Source: Octopus bimaculoides (lineage: Eukaryota). Taken from it: a DNA stretch of 64,000 nt. The notes beneath the pieces are model-generated. The model did no database searches. It saw nothing but the letters and a program-made list of their open reading frames with translations, and was not told the DNA's origin. Numbering within the stretch: position 1 is the stretch's first letter; each line of letters begins with the position of its first letter. The translations under genes were made by a program, and so were the position numbers. The stretch spans positions 95,612,614 to 95,676,613 of the forward strand of contig NC_068986.1 of the NCBI RefSeq assembly GCF_001194135.2, read 5' to 3'. This document shows, piece by piece, positions 1 through 11,568 of the stretch.

Positions 1-361
1 ACAGAGTCCAGCCCTTTCTGGAACTGTAATCCGTTTGATTTGCAAAAGGAACGATTTGAAATCATAATATTCCTCGAAGGTAGGTTGCTACGGAGACTGT
101 GTGTAAATAGGAATATAATCGCGTGTATCTGAGGGTGTACGAGTATTAAATAAGTTGGGGGGGGGCATGCATGCATATGTGTGAATGTGTTTTTTTGCTC
201 ATTTTGTACTTTATTTTTACACAGCCATTCATATATATTGCGGATTTTTTTTTTTTTATAACATGGACCAGGGTTGTTGTTTGATCTTAGATCGAGCTGA
301 CCTAGGATCAAAGTCATTCCAACCATGGCCATCGTATCTTTTCAGAAGTATCTAATGTGTT

Positions 362-698
362 CCTAGAAGTTTGCTTCCCAACCACATGATTCCAGGTTCA
401 GTCCCACCGCGTGACAACTTGGGCAAATGTCTTCAACTATGACATCGGGCCAACCAAAGCTTTGTGAGTAGATTTGGTAGACGGAAACTAAAAGAAATCT
501 GTCGTGTGTATGTGTCGTCCTGTGACTTTGCAGTTCGGCAAAAGAGACCAACAAAATAAGTACCAAGCTTCAAAAAAAAAAATCAAGTACTGGAGTGGAT
601 TCATTCGGCTAAAAATTCTTCAAGGTGATGCTCCAGCATGACCGTAGTTTAGTGACTGAAACAAGTAAAAGATAAGACTAGGATTTGAGAAAGATTTG
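362..698 (+). mobile_element. tRNA-derived CORE-type SINE, 5'-truncated and diverged
   Basis: Matches the complete copies at 29088-29496 and 38544-38950 (ttgggcaa..gtcttc core, gctccagcatg..tgactgaaacaagtaaaag tail). Confidence 0.75.
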
Positions 699-941
699 GC
701 GGCAATTTCTAGCAGGTTGAGCAACCATGTACACTCATTCGTTGGCTGTTACGGTGAATAAAAGAAGACAAACCTCTTTTTATAAAACCAACAAATTTTA
801 CATATTTCCATAAATTTACTTTTAGTGATTTATTCGTTAAACACTCAACAAGATATGATGAAACCAAACTCCAGCCGACGATTTCCATTTATATCGAATT
901 ATGTTTGGAAGTTGTCTCCCATGTTTGCCGATAAGAAAAGA

Positions 942-1378
942 AATATTCTTTTCTACTCTAGGCACAAAGCTCGAATTTTTGGGGAGGAGACCAGTCGATT
1001 AGATCGATCCCAGTACGCAACTGGTACTTAATTTATCGACCCCGAAAAGATGAAAGGCAAAGTCGACCTTGGCGGAATTTGAACTCAGAACGTAGCGACA
1101 GACGAAATACCGCTATGCATTTCGCCCTGCGTGCTAACGTTTCTTATTTCTTTATTGCCCACAAGGGGCTAAACATAGAGGGGACAAACAAGGACAGACA
1201 AAAGGATTATGTCGATTACATCGACACCAGTGCGTAACTGGTACTTAATTTATCGACCCCGAAAGGATGAAAGGCAAAGTCGACCTCGGCGGAATTTGAA
1301 CTCAGAACGTAACAGAAGACGAAATACCGCTAAGCATTTCGCCCGACGTGCTAATGTTTCTGCCAGCTCGCCGCCTTC
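942..1378 (-). mobile_element. Two tandem/nested copies of a second tRNA-derived SINE family
   Basis: Both carry revcomp of gttctgagttcaaattccgccgaggtcgactttgcctttcatcctttcggggtcgataaattaagtaccag. Same family as 45504-45736. The central box resembles my recollection of the Meta/MESC SINE domain (unverified). Confidence 0.8.
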
Positions 1379-2782
1379 AGATAAGAAATATTACATCTTT
1401 AATGGATTAGCAGCTTTGTAAAAACACCAGGTGAAAATGCTTCACGGTATTTATTCCAGCTCTTTACGGTCCGAGTTCAAATACAACTGCAGTCAACTTT
1501 GCTTTTCATCCCTCAGTTTAATAAAATAAAATGCCAGTCAAGTACTGTAGTCCGTGGCGTCGACACACCTCCTCCTCTCAATATTACTTCATTCATTGCA
1601 TCGAAGCACTAGACACGCTCTCATTCACTTCACAGCTAGTTTTCTATCCAATGTTTTGAAGTAAAATTACCTCTTTGAATAGTCTATCAATATGGATTGG
1701 GTACTTTGACAGATGACTGTGCCAAGTGCTAATGTCTGCTTTGGCATGGTTTATATGGCTGGATGCCCTTCTTAACACCAACAATTTAAGGATCTATTAG
1801 GCGCTTTTTACGTAGAACTGCCACTAGTGAGATCACAAGTAACTCGCAGGACAAGACCTTTTCAACTGAGGCAGTGTGCAGTAATTTTTCATCGCACTTG
1901 CATAGTTTTAGGTTTGGTCCCACTGCATAGCCCCTTGGATAAGTATCTTCTATTAATTCACTTGAAAGTGGAATTTGCTAAACGAAAACTATGTAGAAAC
2001 GTGTGTGGTGAATCCACCGGTGTGTATACCTGTGGTNNNNNNNNNNNNNNNNNNNNNNNNNNNNNNNNNNNNNNNNNNNNNNNNNNNNNNNNNNNNNNNN
2101 NNNNNNNNNNNNNNNNNNNNNNNNNNNNNNNNNNNNNNNNNNNNNNNNNNNNNNNNNNNNNNNNNNNNNNNNNNNNNNNNNNNNNNNNNNNNNNNNNNNN
2201 NNNNNNNNNNNNNNNNNNNNNNNNNNNNNNNNNNNNNNNNTATATATTTAAAAGAGTTCCAACTCTGCTTTTTATGTTTTATTTATATTCTTATAAAATT
2301 AATGTAGGATATAGAATATGGAATATATAATATAATATAAATGGTAAAATGAAATGAAGTATTGAATGTCTTATTGAATATATGAAATATTGAGTATTAA
2401 ATATAGAGAATCAAATATATAAAGGCATTATATATATATACATGGCTTGGCTGTATTATCAAAGAAATTAACATATGGTTATTGACATTATATCTAATGG
2501 TAAAATATTTGGCTACAACAAATCAACCTTGGTCTTTGCTTGCCTTTCATCTTTTCAGGGTCGATAAATTAAGTACCAGTTGTGTACTGGGATCGATCTA
2601 ATCGACTGGCCTCCTCTCTCAAAACTCGGGCCTTGTGCCTAGAGTAGAAAAGAATATTTCTTTTCTGATCGGCAAACATGGGAGACAGCTTTAATGTGTG
2701 TTGTATTTTATTTGGCATTGTATTGCTAAATGACTATGTTGCCATTGAGTTTTTGATAGAGAACTTGGCTGTATTATATATA

Positions 2783-2909
2783 CAGGGTGTCCACAAGGTC
2801 TGGGTACCTGGAGTAAATAAAATCATAACATAAACAATTAAATATAAGAAATAATAATTTCTTAAAGTATGTGTTAATCCACATGTACCCAGACTTTGTG
2901 GACACCCTG
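2783..2909. mobile_element. Tc1/mariner-type MITE, 127 bp
   Basis: 25-bp TIRs cagggtgtccacaaggtctgggtac / gtacccagactttgtggacaccctg (1 mismatch), TA on both sides. Confidence 0.85.
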
Positions 2910-2989
2910 TATATAAGAAAGAAAATGAAGATACAGCATTTGATAAAAATTTATTATCTGCAAAAATCAAACAGTCCCTTACTGCTGTA

Positions 2990-3028
<39 letters not shown>

Positions 3029-3689
3029 CAGCTGTAATTGAATTATATATGCATGCAAGTATGGCTGTGTAGTTGAGAAGCTTGTTTCCCAGCCTTGTGA
3101 CCTTGGGTTCTGTCCCACTGTGTGGCACCTTGGGCAATTGTCTTCTATAGTCCACAGCTGACAAAAGCCTTCTGAGTGGATTTTTTTGACAGAAACTAAA
3201 AAAAGCCTGTCATATTTGTGCATGTGTTATCAGGTTCCTTGTCATAATATCATGTAATGGTTGTAAACAAGTATCTCTAGCAGACGAGCTATGTTCTTTG
3301 TTTCCAATCTTCCACAAAAATGTCAAGCCATAGAGAAATATTACCTTGCTTGGAAACAGTTGAGGGTTAGCAATAGGAAGGTCATCAGGTTATAATGAAT
3401 CTGCCTAAAAAAATTCTGTCTGATCCATGCAAGCATGGAATAGTAAATGTTAAACATATATGATGATGGTGACATTTTCAAGCAATATATTGCTTGATGA
3501 TGATAAAAATTGAATGTGCTTTTGTTTCTAACTTATAAACTACTAACTGATTTTATCGTCATCATATGTCCATTTTCCATGCTAGCTGGGTTGGATGGTC
3601 TTGCAAGAGCTTGCAAGGCTAGGAGTTGCACCATCTCTCCACTGTGTTTTAGCATGGTTTCTACAGTTAAATGAGAGTTGACCATGTGT

Positions 3690-3915
3690 ACAGGGTGACG
3701 TTCATCAAGGTTCAGTTCTCGATCTCCTCATGTTCATCATAGTTCTCCAAACCATAACAGAGGAATTCAAGACTGGTTGCCTGTGGGAACTGCTATATGC
3801 TAAAGATCTTGCTCTCATAGCAAATTCTGTAACAGAACTAGAAAAGAAATTCCAGGTGTGGAAGCAAAACCTGGAATTGAATGGCTTTATGGTTTATTTA
3901 GCCAAGACCAAGGTT
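3690..3915 (+). mobile_element. RTE-clade LINE reverse-transcriptase fragment, decayed
   Basis: VHQGSVLDLLMFIIVLQTITEEFKTGCLWELLYAKDLALIA...KTK corresponds to the QG-x-LSP and YADD motifs (YADD decayed to YAKD). Overlaps in sequence with 49224-49490. Confidence 0.85.
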
Positions 3916-4036
3916 GATTTGTTTGTTGTGGCCAAATATTTTACCATTGGGTATTATGTCAATAGCCATGTTAATTTCTTTGATGTGTGTTATATTTTAT
4001 TTGGCATTGTATTGCTAAATGACGATGTTGCCACTG

Positions 4037-4084
4037 AGTTTTTGATAGAGAACTAGGCGACAGCCTAGTTCTCTATCAAAAACT
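4037..4084. repeat. Perfect 21-bp inverted repeat, 6-nt loop
   Basis: agtttttgatagagaactagg-cgacag-cctagttctctatcaaaaact. Confidence 0.9.
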
Positions 4085-5512
4085 ATAGTGTTCACAGAAT
4101 TGACACCATTGACAAAAGTAATGTGCACAGATGGACATAAAGCTTTAAAAATGGGAAAAAACCAAACCATGCAGTAGATCATCAACTGCAACTACTTATA
4201 CAAATCGCCTGTGAGGGGATGAATTGATTTGCACAAATGACTCAAAATCTGTGAGTTTACTGCACAGAAGGGTATGGGTATCAAGAAATGTGTGCAAAGA
4301 GAGTACCTTATCAGATGTCATCAAATTTGAAGGATACGGCAGAAAGTCTGCTTGAATCTGCTGGAAGCATTTGAAGTCAAGAAAGTTCTTTTTTTTTTTT
4401 CCTTCTTTAGATGAGTGAAATGCAGGTGTATTTTTATGATCCAAAATGAAGGTTCAAGCCATAAAATTGTGTCACATCTTTTCTCCAAATTCTAAAATGT
4501 TTAAGACCAGCAATTGGCACAGAAAGTTCTAGGGACATAGTAAGGGCATCATTCTCCTCGATTTTTCTGAAACATAACTGTACTGTGAACAGTGAATAGT
4601 ACTGACACACTAAAAGAACTTGGAGAAGCCATAGGGAAGAAGAGACCAAACAAGACTGAAAATGATCCACATTCATTTGGACAGTATGTGACATCTTTAG
4701 TAGTAAATCAAGCAATCACCAAATTAGTTTGGTCAGTGGTCCCCCGTCCACTACACAACTTAGATCTGGCATCCTCTGAACTTTCACCTGTTCAGTTCAA
4801 TGAAGGACAGTCTTCAGAGGCAATGATCTGATTACACAAACATGAAAATGACTTTGAGGAAGTATGCACAGCAGTGCACACCTGAAGTTTTTCAAACAGA
4901 ATTAAAGGTTGAGATCAACGATGGTGCAAATGCAATGCTTATGATGGAGACTGTTAAACAGTACTCTTGTACAGAGGAAGAATTACAATACCATCATGTG
5001 CAATTTGAACAACCAATGTCTGTTAAAGTTTTGCCCACTTCTGCATTACTTTCAGACAACACTTATATATTCACATGTGTATGTGTTCATATGTGCAGTA
5101 TGGCCAAATGGTTAAAAAGTTTACTTAATAATTGAGTGTGAGTTCAATCCCATTGCATAGCATTTAGGACAAATGTCCATTTTCTATGACCTCAGGACAA
5201 CCCATAACTTGTAAGTGAAACTAGGTAGGCAGAAACTGTGTAAACTCGTCAGGTGATTCAAAAAGTGTAGCCTTATTAACAACTGTTACGTTGATTCTGC
5301 ATGATAATTTCATTAAGTGGAATGCTCAGCCACTTACATGTTAATCCAGTTGATCAAACACAATCTTTGTTGAACAAAAATTGTTTCTGTATATGATTTT
5401 GAATTCTGATAAAAAATATTTTAAGCAGTAAAATATCCAATGTCTGATTTCTTCAGTCCAATGACATACATTTGCTTATTTTAAGAAGACTCTCATTTGT
5501 ATTTTCTGCTAG

Positions 5513-5716
5513 GTTTCATTGAGACAACAGGAGAACTGTGTCAAGCCAGAACATCATACTGCCAAAATGAAATCTTTTGGGGTTACCGTTTCCAGCAAAT
5601 TCTTCAATTTCATGAGTCAATTAAGCGTTGGTGTGTTAATTTTAAAGACTTTGATAAAATAATTGAAACTCCAACACCAGAGATGAGTGCCAAATGTATA
5701 GCAGCCATATGCACAG
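5513..5716 (+). CDS. KCNJ-like: Inward-rectifier potassium channel (Kir), cytoplasmic C-terminal-domain exon
   Basis: ttttctgctag acceptor, cag|gttaaa donor, 204 nt, phase 1-1. GFIETTGELCQARTSYCQNEIFWGYRF...VNFKDFDKIIETPTPEMSAK aligns by eye with the Kir/GIRK signature G-x-VE-x-TG-x-x-CQARTSY-x-x-x-E-x-LWG-x-RF...VDYS-x-F...TP. Upstream exons not found in the window. Confidence 0.88.
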
Positions 5717-5829
5717 GTTAAATGCTTTCACATCAATTTTAAAATTACTTGTTCTTTTTATTATTTATATTTTTGTTATATTTTTATTTCTGTTAACCCT
5801 TATATTCAGCTGACATCCTTCGTATACAT

Positions 5830-5960
5830 TACATCTGCCTGTACCAATGTCATCTTTCTCAGTTTACCTCTTCCACAGATCCTGTCAACTTCAAGAACTT
5901 GGCCCTTCTTTACATGACTGACATCATACCCATACCATTGAACTCTCTCAATATTTCTGA
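5830..5960 (-). mobile_element. RTE LINE 3' ORF relic
   Basis: Revcomp reads QWYG...VDRICGRGKLRK, homologous to the WYGH...GTRGRGRPRK segment at 50430-50688. Confidence 0.5.
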
Positions 5961-6889
5961 TTCCTCTTAAATCCATTTTTCTCTTGGCTCTCTCTCTCTC
6001 TCTCTCTCAGTATTTCTGATTCCTCTTAAATTCGTTTTTCACTCAGCTACTTGTACTCCACCATTCATACACATTAGTATCACACATCCATCATATTTCT
6101 TTCCAGTCTTCACCAATGCTTTCATCTATGCAGCTGTCAACTTCCAAGGTTGGACCCTCTGTCAGGTTTCCTAAGAGTAACCATCTTTCCTATACAATTT
6201 CAAGCCTCTGTCTTTGGGAAATCAGTGATGGCAGCTGTGTAGCAATTGTTCTGTAATTACTTCTCTCAAATGTGAATGTAGGCACATACCATACTCACAG
6301 TGACACATGCACTTACACACAAACACATTCTCTCGCACACACACATGTGCATTCTCACATATACATGCATGTGTATATGATCACATGTACACATGCATTC
6401 ATCATGTGCCCACCTACACACATTCACATGCACTCACACACATACTCATATACTCGTGCATATACGCTCATACTAATACACAGACACATAAAACCTTGCA
6501 CACATACTTATGTCCATTCATTCACATACATTCTATCAACATTCAAACGTTCATATACACATTGGAGAGAATAACAAGACACATATACACAGCAGACAAT
6601 AACTACAAGCCAACTTCTATATGGTCATTCAACCTGCTAGAAATAGCAGCCAGATCCCCTTCCAATTACACCTTTATCATCTACTAACAGAAAGCGCTCC
6701 TTATACAAGGCAGATTTAGATATAATGTTGGAATGAAAAGACAACGTTTACAATTTGGACATCTTTTGACCATAGGTTTGTTCATTCAGGCTGACCTGGA
6801 ATCAAACAACAAAATTTCTTTATTTCATTTTTAAATAACCAAAATGTCTCTTTCTTAGCTGCTACAAGTTGTAATTAATTTTCTTCCAG

Positions 6890-7061
6890 GTAAAGAAGTT
6901 TTGGACAATCCTCATTATTCAGCATCATTTCCAGGAGAAATCTCAGAGCAAAACCTGAAAGTCTTTGAGTCCAGGTCAGTGATGAGCTCACCTGGGAACC
7001 AGACAAGAATCTATGCTGAAACACAAGACTTGGACAATCAACCACAAACACATGAACGAAG
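6890..7061 (+). CDS. KCNJ-like: Probable next Kir exon (distal C-terminal tail)
   Basis: ttttcttccag acceptor, aag|gtaaat donor, 172 nt. Only the phase-1 frame that continues the previous exon is open (GKEVLDNPHY...QTHER). No family motif, so support is splice and frame logic. Confidence 0.62.
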
Positions 7062-7327
7062 GTAAATTACGTTGGTTTTGTGTGTGTGTGTGTGTGTGTG
7101 TGTGTTTTAATGAATGATTAGATTTTCAGTTGAAAGCAGAAAAAGAAAAATTGCCATTATTGACAAAAAATATTAACTATATAGGCGCAGGAGTGGCTGT
7201 GTGGTTAAGTAGCTTGCTTACCAACCANNNNNNNNNNNNNNNNNNNNNNNNNNNNNNNNNNNNNNNNNNNNNNNNNNNNNNNNNNNNNNNNNNNNNNNNN
7301 NNNNNNNNNNNNNNNNNNNNNNNNNNN

Positions 7328-7363
<36 letters not shown>

Positions 7364-8077
7364 TACATATATATTTATATATATGTATGTGTTTATATGT
7401 TTTGTGTCTGTGTTTGTCCCCTCAACATCGCTTGACAACCGATGGTGGTGTGTTTACGTCCCCGTAACTTAGCAGTTCGGCAAAAAGAGACCGATAGAAT
7501 AAGTACTAGGCTTCCAAAGAATAAGTCCTAAAGGCAGTGCTCCAGCATGGCCACAGTCAAATTACTGAAACAAGTAAAAGAGAGTAAAGAGTATATATGT
7601 ATAGGCATGGCTGTGTGGTTAAGAATCCTGCTTTGCCACCACATTGTTTTGGGTTCAGTCCCACTTCACTGTACCTTGGGCAAGTATCTTCTACCATAGC
7701 CCCAGGCTGACCAAAGCCTTGTGAACAAATCTAGATGGAAACTGTGGATGCCCTGTGTATGTTGGTGTCCGTTTATCCCCCCTTCCCTCACCACTTGGCA
7801 ACTAATGTTTGTCCGTGTAACTTAGCAGTTCAAAGAAACAAAGTAAAAAGCAAAAAGTACTGGGGTCAATGTGTTTGACTAAAACCCTTTCAAGGCGACG
7901 CCCCAGCAAGACTGCTGTCTAATGACCAAGACCAGTCAAAGATGAAACCTAAAAATATAAACATTTTGCAATTTTGTGCTGTTTAAGCAACACATCAAAG
8001 TGATTTGGAAATAAAATAAAACGCCAAATAAAAAGACTATATTTAGTTCCTGTTTCTACAGCTATATACTTTGTGTA

Positions 8078-8584
8078 TGCCAGGGTGCTGAAAAGTTCCT
8101 GGCTTTAGGTAAAAGAAAGTACAACAGGATCAGTTGTGATTTTTGAGATCGTTGCCAGTGCCCCTGGACTGGCTCTTGTGCGGGTGGCACATAAAATACA
8201 CCATTTTGAGTGTGGCCATTGCCAGTACCACCTGACTGGCCTTCATGCCGGTGGCACGTAAAAGCACCCACTACACTCTCGGAGTGGTTGACGTTAGGAA
8301 GGGTATCCAGCTATAGAAACTCTGCCAAATCAGATTGGAGCCTGGTGTAGCCATCTGGTTCACCAGTCCTCAGTCAAATCGTCCAACCCATGCTAGCATG
8401 GGAAGCGGACGTTAAATGACAATGATGATGATGATGATGATGATGATATTCCCCTCTCAGATTCACACATTCATTGCAGCAGTCCTTCAGTTTTTCTAAA
8501 CCCTGTAAAAGAACTTGGAAGGTTGGGTCTCCAGCCAGGCCTTTCATGGTACCCTTAAAGCCAAGAACTTTTCAGCACCCCTTC
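8078..8584. mobile_element. Mariner-type MITE interrupted by an RTE 3' UTR insertion
   Basis: TIRs gggtgctgaaaagttcctggcttta / taaagccaagaacttttcagcaccc; insert at 8144-8447. Confidence 0.7.
8144..8447 (+). mobile_element. 5'-truncated RTE LINE (3' UTR only) with (GAT)n tail
   Basis: Begins with tgagatcgttgccagtgcccctggactggc, as immediately after the RTE ORF stop at 50686; ends in a gat repeat. Confidence 0.85.
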
Positions 8585-8879
8585 GTATATACAAAGTGTG
8601 TGTGTGTGTGTTTTGTGATAAACTGACTGGATTGCCACAGCAGGAACATCCTCTATGGTATTTTCTGTTATATCAGTTATCTTTTACTTGTTTCGAGCAT
8701 AGCTGTGTAGTTAAAAAGCTCACTTTGCAACCAAGTGGTTTTGGGTTCAATTCCGTTGTGCGGCACCTTGAACTGGTTTCTTCTACTAAAGCCCTGGGCC
8801 AACCAATGCCTTAAGAATGGATTTTGCAGACAATTCTATATTGAAGCCCATTGTGTGTGTGTGTGTGTGTGTACACCAC

Positions 8880-9234
8880 ATAAGATGCACCATTTTGAGC
8901 GTGGCCGTTGCCAGTACCGCCTGACTGGCCTTCGTAGGATTTTCGAGCGAGATCGCTGCCAGTGCCCCTGGACTGGCTCTTGTGCGGGTGGCACATAAAA
9001 GACACCATTTCGAGCGTGGCCGTTGCCAGTATCGCCTGACTGGCCTTCGTGCGGGTGACACGTAAAAGCATCCACTACACTCTCTGAGTGGTTGGCGTTA
9101 GGAAGGGCATCCAGCTGTAGAAACTGCCAAATTTAGATTGGAGCCTGGTGTTGCCATCCGGTTTCACCAGTCCTCAGTCAAATCGTCCAACCCATGCTAG
9201 CATGGAAAGCGGACGTTAAACGATGATGATGATG
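8880..9234 (+). mobile_element. 5'-truncated RTE LINE 3' UTR
   Basis: Same family as 8144-8447, with extra gccagt..actggc subrepeats; gatgatgat tail. Confidence 0.85.
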
Positions 9235-9479
9235 TGTATGTGTGTGTTCATGTTTGTCCCCCACTGTATGACAACTGATGTTGGTTGTTTAAGGGCCCAA
9301 TAATTTAGTGGTTGGGCAAAAAGAGGCCTGACAGAATAAGTATCTGATCAATAATAATTCCTGAGTTGATTTGTTATAGTAAACCCTTCAAGGCTGTATC
9401 CCAGCATGATCACAGTACTGAAATAAGTAAACTATTAAACAAAAATATATGATACCTTAAATATAACCCCCAAAAAAAA

Positions 9480-9623
9480 GGAGTGGTTGTGTGGTTAGTA
9501 GCTTGCTTACAAACCACATGGTTCCAGGTTCATTCCCACTGCGTGGCACCTTGGGCAAGTGTCTTCTACTGCAGCCTTGTGAGTGGATTTGGTAGGTGGA
9601 AACTGAAAGAAGCCCGTCGTGTG

Positions 9624-9666
<43 letters not shown>

Positions 9667-9860
9667 CTGTGTCCCCCTCAACATCGCATGACAACCGGTG
9701 GTAGCGTGTTTGTGTCCCTGTAACTTAGCGGTTTGACAAAACAGACCGATAGGATAAGTACTAGGCTTCCAAAGAATAAGTCCTGGGGTAGATTTGCTCG
9801 ACTAAAGGTGGTGCTCCAGCATGGCCGTAGTCAAATGGCTGAAATGAGTAAAAGAGTAAA
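9480..9860 (+). mobile_element. CORE-type SINE with internal TA/TG microsatellite
   Basis: Head ggagtggttgtgtggttagtagcttgc..gttcattccc, core ggcaccttgggcaagt, tail gagtaaaag. Confidence 0.85.
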
Positions 9861-10495
9861 AATGCAGTATCCAACTATGAAAATTATCACATCTTTCAGA
9901 GAATATTGGTAATTTTTTTTTTCCAAAGCCAATGGGGTACAGATTCCAGGCATGGTGTGGTGAAACACGCCAGTTGCAACAGCTTGGAAAAAAATACTTT
10001 CCAGTGCTTCTTTGCCATTAAACCTTATTTAAAATTTACATTATTACCTCTGCAGCCAGCCACGCTTGTGGCTGTGTGGTTGAGGAGCTTGCTTCCCAAT
10101 TATGTGGTCTTGAGTTCAGTCCCACTGCGGCATTGAGCAAATGTCTTCTATTACAGCACTGAGCCAACCAAAGCCCTGTGAATAAATTTGGTGGATGGAA
10201 ACTGAAAAAATGTGCGTGCGTGTGTGATCATTTATATGTGTTTCTCCAATAATTGCTGAACTACAAGCAGTGGCATTGTTATTTCCCCCATCAATGTATC
10301 CTCTGCTGACATTGCCCTTTCAATGTCTGAGATAAAAGATCCTTTATTAGAAATAAAGGTTAAGGTTAGCAGCAGGAAGGATATCTGGTCACAAAACATT
10401 ACCTCAAAATCTGACCCCCCCCCCAAAAAAAAAACACACAAAACAAATGAATGCATGTAATCACTATTAACAGTCATACGATTTATTTTCAACAG

Positions 10496-10572
10496 GTTCT
10501 CAATATAACAGCTCCCAGGATGAAGAAAACTTTACCAACCACAGACAAATCTGGTCATCCATCACTGATTGA
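10496..10572 (+). CDS. KCNJ-like: Probable terminal Kir exon (stop at 10508 or 10572 depending on upstream exon)
   Basis: atttattttcaacag acceptor; AATAAA at 10686-10691. From exon 6890-7061 it reads RFSI*; from exon 5513-5716 it reads GSQYNSSQDEENFTNHRQIWSSITD*. Confidence 0.4.
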
Positions 10573-10853
10573 GACAACTCATTTTTTAGTCTTTTGAAAA
10601 TTTCATTTTAACTTAGCATTTGAATTGAAATAACCTTCAAATCAGATGGATTGCTCTCTTCATTGAGGGCCAGCTTTTAGACATTAATAAATTGTCATTC
10701 CCTTTTATATTTTAATAATACTTGAGGGTGATGGAAGGGCAGAAACAAGGCCACTTGTTTATATATATCTTTTACATTCTGAATTTAAATTCCCCCCAAT
10801 TAGATTTAGCTGTCTTATCTACCAAGTTTTGTTAAAATAAATACCAGCTAACT

Positions 10854-11126
10854 CAGTAGTTCTCAGCCATTTTTTACCTATGGACCCCTTCGATTACTAT
10901 TTTATTCTTGTGGATCCCTCCTACACCCATTTAGTGTTTAAAAACTAGTTTTATAGATACATCTTTCAAAATTCCTATTTTGATTTTCATCCATTCATTT
11001 GTGTAGGTTTGAAATTGGACTTGCAATAAATATACCTAAAGCAAAATTTTTTTTCATTGACCCCTAAAATACTGTGGTTCTTCAAGTTACTACTTTACTT
11101 GCATGGACCCTGGTTGAGAACCACTG
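10854..11126. mobile_element. hAT (Charlie-like) MITE
   Basis: TIRs cagtagttctcagcc / ggttgagaaccactg; 8-bp TSD agctaact / agctaatt. Confidence 0.85.
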
Positions 11127-11568
11127 AGCTAATTTAATCAACCCTAACCCTTCTACTTAAATGTATGTTGTACCAATAGTGAAGAGAGTTTCTGCTTCAA
11201 AACTTCTCTCGTATATATATATATATATATATATAAAAGATGTGTGTGTTAATAGATAAATGTTATATTTCGATCTTTCCTACCTGAAAATGTAAATCTT
11301 TGTGCCAAGTGGAAATGAAACCCATTAAACATAATTCACAGAATGGTAGGCACTATAGCACCTTTGACATTTCAGGATATTCACTTCAAATTTCGCAAGT
11401 GGTGCTTTCATCCTTTCTTGAAGTCAATAAAATGAATACCTGTTAAGAACTTGACACCTACCTTTTCTTTCGTTTTTTTATGGTGAACTTAAACAATGGT
11501 GAAGGGTAATAATAAAACTATATTTATCTCCCTTGCACTGATAGCTTAAAACATCCTTCTGGCGGTCC

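Noticed and set aside
3940-3962. FTIGYY resembling the Kir selectivity filter TIGYG
   Set aside because: Lacks the final Gly and flanking helices; sits at the junction of an RTE relic and a repeat.
8880-9070. CRISPR-like palindromic repeat array
   Set aside because: Eukaryotic DNA, no unique spacers or cas genes; it is the RTE 3' UTR.
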